A stretch of 64,000 nt of DNA from Cyanobacteria bacterium P01_F01_bin.150 (lineage in GTDB: Bacteria; Cyanobacteriota; Cyanobacteriia; CAKZMO01), in the NCBI GenBank assembly GCA_039189765.1, contig JBCCYL010000009.1, forward strand, positions 32,001-96,000. The letters run 5' to 3'. Numbering within the stretch: position 1 is the stretch's first letter; every line of letters starts with the position of its first letter. A program made the translations under genes and the position numbers. Of this stretch, positions 56,626 through 64,000 are shown one piece after another. Below the pieces are notes generated by a model. It worked only from the letters and a program-made list of their open reading frames with translations, made no database searches and was not told the DNA's origin.

Positions 56626-58050
56626 ATGGCTGATGCGGTTCGACAAATAAGGCATGACCTGGAACAGATAGAAAAAGCTGTTGACGCCTTGGGAGAAGAA
56701 TTCAATCAGGTTTACGACAATTACCTGACGACGTTGCAAACCTCAGTCCAAAAGCAGGTGATACTGGCATGTTATCACCTATGTACTCAAAGTTATCCTG
56801 AACGGTTTCTGGTGCTATCGTATCGTCAACGGGAAACGTTGCAGCAAGCAATCCAGCGATATATTCAAGAGCTTCAGCGAAAGATAGAGCATGCCTATGT
56901 GTTAGCGACAATCTCTCTGGTAAAAGAAGAAGAGGAAGAAATTGTGACCCGCTCAGGTCGGCGGCGATCGCTCCCGTCCTCCGAACGGTCTTCAAGGCGT
57001 CGTGGTCGAGGTGATTCGAGAAACCGCAGAGATGTTGATGATGACTCCCCCGATCGCGATGGCCCCTCCATTGAGCTGATTGCGATTACCAACATGGATG
57101 GGGATGATGCATTGGATGCTGCTAAGGATCCATTTTTAGCCGCAGCCCTATCTGAATTTGCCGATAGTCTGGCGTTAGATGAAGAAGCCATTCTTGATCG
57201 AGTCAAACAGGAACTGCTGCGAAAAGCAACTCGTTCATCATCGAGTCAATCTATTGAAGGTGAGTCAAAAGATAGGACAGATGCAGATGCGGATACAGAT
57301 GCGGATGTAGATGATAAAAGTGATATGGGAGCCGCAGAGAAATCCTTGAGCCAGCCAACTACTGGGCCTGAAAGTACTGCAAATCCTCTTTCAGAGTCCT
57401 CCTCTATCGCTTCGGGGCCTTCTGTGAACTCTTCTTCAGAAAACCCTCAGGAGTCTGAGAGTAGTGTGGGCAGCGAAGAGAAGGGACAGCGTTCAGAGGT
57501 ATCGGCGATCGCCCTATCAAGCCTTGAGGCAAAATCAACCCCTGTGGATAAACCAGCCTTTCCTGATAACCCTGATGGTAAACGCTTTGCTGATTGTGAT
57601 GAAACATTGATTCCCGATATCTTAGCGGCCCGACAGGAGCAGTTGGAGCTGAATCTAGCGGGGTTTCTGCGGGAATTGTCAAAGCAAATCAACAATGAAC
57701 TACATAATGTGGGGATGATTCCTAAGAAAATCCCCGGTGCGGTGCTAAGGGCGGCGCTCCAAACGGATATGTCTTCTGAATTTAATGGGTCTCCCAACAT
57801 TTTGAATTTGTTAGTTGAAGCAGAAGGCAAATCTAAAGGGGCTAACGTGATGAAGGTTACTGCCCTGCGGTTGCGGCCTCAGGAATTAGAGTTCAGCGAT
57901 CCTCAGCTTTCAGCCTGCCGATCGCGTATTCGTGAGTTAACCGGCAAGTTGCAGAAGCTTGGCAAGCAGTATCATAAAAAACTTCGGGATAAAGCGATCG
58001 CCGAAGCTGAATCTGCATGGCGATCCAGTTGGTACGAGAACAAGGATTAA
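56626..58050 (+). CDS. Conserved cyanobacterial hypothetical protein with a long acidic/Ser-rich linker
   Basis: KQVILACYHLCTQSYPE.FL.LS, PN.LNLLVE, ELEFSD..L, AEAESAWRSSWYE. Confidence 0.8.
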   Translation: MADAVRQIRHDLEQIEKAVDALGEEFNQVYDNYLTTLQTSVQKQVILACYHLCTQSYPERFLVLSYRQRETLQQAIQRYIQELQRKIEHAYVLATISLVKEEEEEIVTRSGRRRSLPSSERSSRRRGRGDSRNRRDVDDDSPDRDGPSIELIAITNMDGDDALDAAKDPFLAAALSEFADSLALDEEAILDRVKQELLRKATRSSSSQSIEGESKDRTDADADTDADVDDKSDMGAAEKSLSQPTTGPESTANPLSESSSIASGPSVNSSSENPQESESSVGSEEKGQRSEVSAIALSSLEAKSTPVDKPAFPDNPDGKRFADCDETLIPDILAARQEQLELNLAGFLRELSKQINNELHNVGMIPKKIPGAVLRAALQTDMSSEFNGSPNILNLLVEAEGKSKGANVMKVTALRLRPQELEFSDPQLSACRSRIRELTGKLQKLGKQYHKKLRDKAIAEAESAWRSSWYENKD

Positions 58051-58219
58051 ATACGCTAGGGCCTACTTTGGCGATTTTTCGAAATAAATATACCAACGAC
58101 GATGGGTTACGCTGTCGCTTTTCTTGAATGCCCCTTGGGCCATACCCATCCTACAAGCGGTACATTCTTTTTCAGAAATAGCCTTCTGCCAAGTCATGTA
58201 AACTAGCTGTATGGCACCC

Positions 58220-61200
58220 CTACCAGGGGTTACCGACTGCAGTAAACGCTGACCAAAAATAGGGATGGGATAAGTCGGTGGTGGCTGTAGCTAGACTTTC
58301 TGGAGGCAGGGGAATACCGTCCTCTAAACCATCGATAAACAAAACTCCGTTTTCTATATACACGTTACCCTTTACCAGCGCTAGCTGTGCCTGACGCAGT
58401 GCTTCTGCCTTAATAGGAGCGGTATTTAGCATATTGTAAAACTGAGTCATCAGAGACGTCGTGGCAACATCATCTACGGCCCAGAGGCTGGCGATCGCCG
58501 TTTTTACCCCTGTTTGAACTGCCAGTCCAGCAAAGCCCAGCTCGGCCTCACGACTTCCCACTGCCGTTTGACAAGCACTCAACACCAGCATTTCTACCGC
58601 CGGATTATTCCAGCCTAACTGTCTGACTTTGTCCATTGTAAGCTGATCATCCCATAGCTGAATATAAGAATCACTGTATTTCCCGGGCTGGAAGCGGGCA
58701 TGGGTAGCCATATGAATAATTCCAAATGGAGTCCGTTCTCGCACATCTTTTAAGGTGTCAAAGGTAGCGCGTTCATTCAAGAAGAGTTCTCCTTTCCACA
58801 CATCAAAAATGAGTGTGGACAACTCAGTGGGCACGGCTGGCAGAGGCGTCTGGCCGTTGGTCTCTTCTGACACCCCCATCGCTAACATACTAGAATCTCG
58901 CACATCCACATATTCGGTGTTTGTCAAACTTAGGCTGGGCATCAGCCCCATGCTGTAGTTTTCCACCAAATAGTTATTACCATCGTGGATAGCCGCAAAG
59001 GGGATGGTGCGTAGTCCTTCGTCCGCAAGAAAGGATAAATTGGTCACACCATGCAAATCTAGCTGATCTTGGATAGGTTCCACCAGCCATCGATAAAGCT
59101 GGTTTGCCTCGTTTAAATGACGGGTAGCATTACGGGTTGGGGAGGTAATATCCCCCCGAAACTCTCGAGCAATACGAGTGACTTGACTTCGTGTAACGCC
59201 CGGTACACGCCGACGAATCATGCCACCGCGAGCTGTAATCACCACCAGCTCCAGCTCATCTTCATTTTGACCTTTATAGTTCTCTAAATCCTCAACAGTC
59301 AGGATTGTGTCAAAATTAGGCGGCACAAAACTGATGTATATAAATCCTGGACGTTCACCAGTGGCCTTTTCAATCTCGTGAGCCAACTGTCGGGCACCTT
59401 CAGGCCCTGCAAGTTCAAGTTCTTGGGAAACTGTTTCTATTTCCGGTAAATCTAAATAAGCTGCAAAATCATTGGAGAAAAATGTTTCTAATGTTTTCAG
59501 ATGGGTCGATTGCTCCAGCGAGTTGATCGGATTGACCGTATAAAACTCTACTGGAGGCAATGGCGGAATTTCAATGGGTGCTTCTACTTCATTGGAGACT
59601 ACAGTGTCGATGGCTGGACGTAAATCCTCTGGAAGCTGTGGATTCAGGACTACAGTGTCGGGGCGTTCTCTGGGATTTGGCGCGCGGATCTTTTCAGCAT
59701 CCACTATTGGTTCTGGCTCGCCATCAGGGATTGGTTCTGGCTCAATATTGGGTGTTGGAGTAAGCGTTAAGTCAGGACCGGGTCGAGGCGTCACCGTGGG
59801 TGTGGGTGTGGGCGTCACCGTGGGTATGGGCGTCACTGTAGGGATGGGCGTCACTGTAGGCGTGGGCGTCACTGTAGGCGTGGGCGTTACCGATGGCGGA
59901 GGGGTAGGCATTGCAGTAATATCGACAGTGACTGTAATGGGACTAGACGTTGATACGCGATCGCTTGCCACCACCTGAAGAACATCTGCTTCACCTGTTA
60001 CACCTGGGGCGGGAGTATACAGAATTTGGTCATCCAGCGAAATCTCCGCATCCACTTCCAGGGGTTCCCCATTAATGGTCAATATGGCCCCATCACTGAT
60101 ACTGTCTACCTTCAAACGGACTGCATCATTATCGGCGTCTGTAACGGTGACAGGATCGAGCGATTCACCTAGGGAAATTAAAACGGGAGTCCCTTCAGAT
60201 GTGGCAAACTCCGCAGTTCCCGTTAACTCAGGCGCACTGTTTACAGACGTAATCATCACCCGATCAGAGCCATTGGCCGATACCCCGAGGTCATCGGTCA
60301 CCACTGGAAATCGCTGATCCTGAACAATCAGTTCTTCAATTAGAAATGTCGGTTCTCCGTCAATAAAGTCTCCATCGGCAAGTCTCTCTTCTGTGCCTGT
60401 GCGAATTGCACCTGATGTCCCATTCAACACCACATCTGCTGTACCAGTGCCATCAGCGTTAATATTTTGGCCGTTGCCCACAATAAAGTCGTCATTGTCT
60501 GAGCCACCAGAATGGGTGATTTGGACCGATCCGCTGAAATTCTCCGAACTGCCAATAACAACATTGAAGTTGCCGTCATTGCCGTCAATATCTCCATCCT
60601 CTGGCCCGCTTCCGACAACGCTTCGTCCGTCTGTAATAATTGAGTTGCCTTGTTTATCAGTGCCAATAATCTGAATCAGGTCACCCGTGAGTACGACATC
60701 TCCCCCTGACCCCGAAGAACTGCTTGTGTTAATTGGAGCAAACGCTTCTGCATCATCAGCATTGGGGACCCCAATTCGCACTGTCCCCTCTCCAGTGACA
60801 CTGATATCGCCCCCATCATTCTCCCCTACGCCAGCGGTCAGGAATGAACGCCCCATCACATCGCCACTGGCAACAATGGTAATATTTCCGGCATTTCCGT
60901 TTCCAAAACTTGTGTCTATCGTGCCTAAGAGAATATTTGCCCCTTGGATGATGACATCATTACCGTTAGTGATGAGCTTGTCGTTAGGAATAGTACTTTC
61001 GTCAGCGGGGTTCTGATCTGTGGATGCCATCGAAAAGTCGCCCTGGCCATTACCGTCGGCATCGGCAATAAAGCTAGCATCAGTGGACAAGTTGAATTGC
61101 CCCCTGCTTACAGCAGCTATCCTAATATCATTGGTGGCTTCAAGAATGATTTGACCGTTAGCATTGATATTGGCGTCCAAAAGCCTAATATCTCCACCAG

Positions 61201-62245
61201 CGATCGCCACATTTCCCTCTAACTCTGTTTCTTCAGAAATAGGCAATACGTCCACCGTGCCAGCAATTGTTACTGCTTCATCTTCAACAGAGATTGTTTG
61301 TCCTGAGGCTAAAGCAAGAGAGCCATCTGGATTAACCTTCACCGCATCAGCATGGTCCAAGTCTCCGCCAGTCAGAACCTCTGGCAGAGCTGCAACTGGG
61401 AGGGTCCAGGTTGCTAAAGAATCTATATTTGCATCATTGTTTGCTGGGTCTGCCGTCCCCAGTATTCCATCCAGAGGATCCACATCCAAGCTCAATACCT
61501 GACCCGCTAGGTTAAGACTCACTAACGATTGTCCTGGAACCGCTGCCAGCAAAACTTGCCCACCATCGCTAGCCAATGTACCTGTAGATAGCACCTGTCC
61601 CCCAATCAGTGAGAGCGTTTGCCCTTGGGTAACTGACAATGCTCCACCATTAAAAATAGGACCGGGTGTATCAGTTCTGAAAACAAATTGATCTGGATTG
61701 CCGACTAACCTACTGTAATCGTTGATGCTTGCATCGCCTAGTACATCGAACCAACCATTTTCAAATCCAATACCCGTTGCAGTTGTAGCGGTGAAAGAAG
61801 CCGGGACATTTAGCTTGGCATTATCCCCAAAAAATACGCCGGCAGGGTTGACCAAAAATAAATTAGCATCTGCCCCAGTAATCGTTAATTGACCATTGAT
61901 AATGGAGGGTGTGCCTCCCACCACCCGCGACAGAATATTCAATGTCTGCGGATCAACGATAAAGTTAGCAATTTGGTTTAGATCAAGGTCAAACTGATCA
62001 AAACTATGAAAAACATTTTGCCCATTATTCGATAAAGTTCCGCCCGTAATATCAAATTGCTGATCATTGGGTGTTGTGACTATCGTGCCTATCTGGTTCG
62101 GATTCTCGGGTGTAACGAATTGGGCCAACGCTGGACTAGCGAAGGGAAGGGTCAATATAGGAAGAGTCAATATGGAAAGGGAGCTGATGCCCAGTACCCG
62201 ACATACCGCATTTGGATAGTTGGACGCAGAATATTGAACAGCCAT
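58220..62245 (-). CDS. TpsA (FHA N-terminal domain)-CHAT fusion with a cadherin-like domain and Pro/Thr linker
   Basis: NVFHSFDQF, ANLFLVNPAGVFFG, NSAP..YTP, (TPTPTV)n, IHMATHARF and LVLSACQTA, HPYFWSAFTAVGNPW. Confidence 0.92.
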   Translation of the reverse strand: MAVQYSASNYPNAVCRVLGISSLSILTLPILTLPFASPALAQFVTPENPNQIGTIVTTPNDQQFDITGGTLSNNGQNVFHSFDQFDLDLNQIANFIVDPQTLNILSRVVGGTPSIINGQLTITGADANLFLVNPAGVFFGDNAKLNVPASFTATTATGIGFENGWFDVLGDASINDYSRLVGNPDQFVFRTDTPGPIFNGGALSVTQGQTLSLIGGQVLSTGTLASDGGQVLLAAVPGQSLVSLNLAGQVLSLDVDPLDGILGTADPANNDANIDSLATWTLPVAALPEVLTGGDLDHADAVKVNPDGSLALASGQTISVEDEAVTIAGTVDVLPISEETELEGNVAIAGGDIRLLDANINANGQIILEATNDIRIAAVSRGQFNLSTDASFIADADGNGQGDFSMASTDQNPADESTIPNDKLITNGNDVIIQGANILLGTIDTSFGNGNAGNITIVASGDVMGRSFLTAGVGENDGGDISVTGEGTVRIGVPNADDAEAFAPINTSSSSGSGGDVVLTGDLIQIIGTDKQGNSIITDGRSVVGSGPEDGDIDGNDGNFNVVIGSSENFSGSVQITHSGGSDNDDFIVGNGQNINADGTGTADVVLNGTSGAIRTGTEERLADGDFIDGEPTFLIEELIVQDQRFPVVTDDLGVSANGSDRVMITSVNSAPELTGTAEFATSEGTPVLISLGESLDPVTVTDADNDAVRLKVDSISDGAILTINGEPLEVDAEISLDDQILYTPAPGVTGEADVLQVVASDRVSTSSPITVTVDITAMPTPPPSVTPTPTVTPTPTVTPIPTVTPIPTVTPTPTPTVTPRPGPDLTLTPTPNIEPEPIPDGEPEPIVDAEKIRAPNPRERPDTVVLNPQLPEDLRPAIDTVVSNEVEAPIEIPPLPPVEFYTVNPINSLEQSTHLKTLETFFSNDFAAYLDLPEIETVSQELELAGPEGARQLAHEIEKATGERPGFIYISFVPPNFDTILTVEDLENYKGQNEDELELVVITARGGMIRRRVPGVTRSQVTRIAREFRGDITSPTRNATRHLNEANQLYRWLVEPIQDQLDLHGVTNLSFLADEGLRTIPFAAIHDGNNYLVENYSMGLMPSLSLTNTEYVDVRDSSMLAMGVSEETNGQTPLPAVPTELSTLIFDVWKGELFLNERATFDTLKDVRERTPFGIIHMATHARFQPGKYSDSYIQLWDDQLTMDKVRQLGWNNPAVEMLVLSACQTAVGSREAELGFAGLAVQTGVKTAIASLWAVDDVATTSLMTQFYNMLNTAPIKAEALRQAQLALVKGNVYIENGVLFIDGLEDGIPLPPESLATATTDLSHPYFWSAFTAVGNPW
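59787..59900 (-). repeat. Tandem repeat of about 18 bp encoding the VTP(T/I)PT linker
   Basis: GGCGTCAC(C/T)GT(A/G)GG units repeated about 6 times. Confidence 0.85.
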
Positions 62246-62483
62246 GATACTTTTTATACGTAGACTAATGACGGAAACTACATTCACTTTTCGGGCTTTT
62301 CCTGTCGGGTCCGCAATCCTACGGATGGATGGCTATTGCAAAGGCCTGTATGCATTGTCCAAAGCCTTGCTGATCAAGGCTTTTAAGAGTTCTTTATCTT
62401 TCATCAAGTCTTGATGAATATCCTCTGGAGGATAGACATTAAACCGTTCGTGACCAAACCCCGCTATGATGAACGATTGATGT

Positions 62484-64000
62484 ATGGGAAAAGATATGGG
62501 CAGACGGCGTTCTATTTGGGTTTTGGTGGGCATCTTAGCCGCTGTAGTAATCATTACGCTTCAATCCTTCATTGGGCCAAATCTGGGGCAATTGTTGGGG
62601 CGAACTCTGGGACGCACTATGGGGTTTGGGGATAATGACTCATTATCTGTATTTGTCGTTGCAGATGCCCACTTTGGTTCGACCCACCGCGATCAGCCAA
62701 CCAATGAACAGATTCGGGACGCAATGCGTCACATTTATGGACGGTTTCCGGATTTAGATATGGTGTGGGATGCTGGGGATGCTCATCACAATACGGACTT
62801 AGATGTAGCAAGGGGAGAATGGCTTGCCTATCTTGCTGGAGAAGTGCATCAAAAGCCTCTGTACTACACTGCTGGGAATCACGAGCTTGATAACTTTAAT
62901 AGCCCTTTTGATCCGGAAGAACGGGCTTCACAGTTGGGGAGTTTGACTGCACGCCCTTACTACAGCCTGGACATCAAAAATATTCATCTAATTGCTTTGC
63001 CGGAATTAATTGATGTCAACTACCTGAGCGTGGAAGAGCTGGCTTGGTTAGACCTAGATCTTCAGCTTAATCAAGATAAAACAGTGATTATTATTAGTCA
63101 CAATGCATTGACAGGGACGACAAAGACGAACGCTAACCAAATTGCCTATCGCAGACTTGCTAACAGTGATGCCATCCTTGAACGAATGGAGAAATATAAA
63201 AATATTCGAGCTTGGATTCACGGCCATAATCATACCTATGAAGTGGTTAAACAGGATGACACTCTGTTTGTTTCCGCAGGACGAATCGGAGGGTTTAATG
63301 GCGATCGCAAGACCGATCTCAAACTAAAAGCTGATAATCTGGGGGGTATCTACTTTGAGGTCACTCAAAATAAATTAATGTTGCGGGCTTACAACGCGTC
63401 GAAGCAGGCATTTATGGATGAATTAGGGCATCCTAGTCTGTCCGCAACTCTAGAGTTTGATACGGGCTTAGAGCCAACATCTCCGGCTAGCCTCAGTTAC
63501 GGCTATGGCTTAGCCCGAGATGGCCAACGGATTCCCGTTTATAATCACCATCTGGGTGCGACCCAGCGGGAGTTGTTTATCAGTGGTGCATCGGGGGCTA
63601 TCTTTAGTGATAATCCTCAATTTACGTCCTACAGCCAAGATACAAAGCGGAGTAAGACTTTAAACGCGATCGCCATTTCTCCCAAAGAGTCCTATGAATG
63701 GCTAGAGCCATCAGTACGCTTACTGCCAAAAGCCGCCGATAAGAAGAAGATAAGCGTTAGTCTAGCGACTAAGCCAGCCGGTAAATGGGCGTATTACCGA
63801 GCTGCTCCCAATCATACCTACACCGCAACCCTTAAATTAAATGCTGCCGAAGGAGGCCAGAAAGTCCGGTTCTACGCAAAGCTATTTGATAGTGATGGTA
63901 ATTTGGTCACCACCTTACCTCCCGAGGCTCAAGATTTGACAAAAGCCTCCCAAACCCTCAGCTATCAGTTTCAGGTGCCAGAGCTGGCTGACTATCCCAG
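62484..64000 (+). CDS. Calcineurin-like metallophosphoesterase with N-terminal signal/anchor (runs off the window; absent from the ORF track)
   Basis: Read by hand from ATG 62484: MGKDMGRRRSIWVLVGILAAVVII.., VADAHFG, DAGD, GNHE, ISHN, HGHNH; no stop up to 64000. Confidence 0.88.
   Translation, partial: MGKDMGRRRSIWVLVGILAAVVIITLQSFIGPNLGQLLGRTLGRTMGFGDNDSLSVFVVADAHFGSTHRDQPTNEQIRDAMRHIYGRFPDLDMVWDAGDAHHNTDLDVARGEWLAYLAGEVHQKPLYYTAGNHELDNFNSPFDPEERASQLGSLTARPYYSLDIKNIHLIALPELIDVNYLSVEELAWLDLDLQLNQDKTVIIISHNALTGTTKTNANQIAYRRLANSDAILERMEKYKNIRAWIHGHNHTYEVVKQDDTLFVSAGRIGGFNGDRKTDLKLKADNLGGIYFEVTQNKLMLRAYNASKQAFMDELGHPSLSATLEFDTGLEPTSPASLSYGYGLARDGQRIPVYNHHLGATQRELFISGASGAIFSDNPQFTSYSQDTKRSKTLNAIAISPKESYEWLEPSVRLLPKAADKKKISVSLATKPAGKWAYYRAAPNHTYTATLKLNAAEGGQKVRFYAKLFDSDGNLVTTLPPEAQDLTKASQTLSYQFQVPELADYP

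Noticed and set aside
62333..63327. Short ORFs listed near the window end
   Set aside because: They overlap the long metallophosphoesterase frame starting at 62484.

Overview
Chromosomal window from a cyanobacterium, judged by abundant HIP1 octamers (GCGATCGC), STRR-type short repeats, a phycobiliprotein-like domain and Uma2 genes. Core genes (codA 3' end, ruvX, a GNAT, recF, rpsB with its leader, tsf) alternate with accessory blocks. These blocks are: decayed NACHT and Uma2 genes; a divergent STAND/WD40 gene facing a small NfeD-like gene across a repeat-filled promoter; a stand-alone carbamoyltransferase-methyltransferase fusion of about 1340 aa; a DUF488-DUF488-dual-OB module; a CHAT-CHASE2/DUF928/TpsA/TpsB/TPR-CHAT cluster with a separate TpsA-CHAT fusion; and a multidomain goose-type lysozyme. 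The most striking block is a defence island at about 47.1-53.5 kb. In it, toxin-antitoxin pairs are separated by regular arrays of HIP1 plus re-used C/A-rich spacer units, resembling a cassette array. The island continues with a C5-methyltransferase/nuclease pair and an intact phycobiliprotein-antitoxin fusion coupled to a decayed PIN toxin. Several dispersed hairpin/MITE-like repeat families are present. No tRNA, rRNA, CRISPR-cas, integrase or intact transposase was recognised. All family calls are by-eye motif recognition, not database searches.
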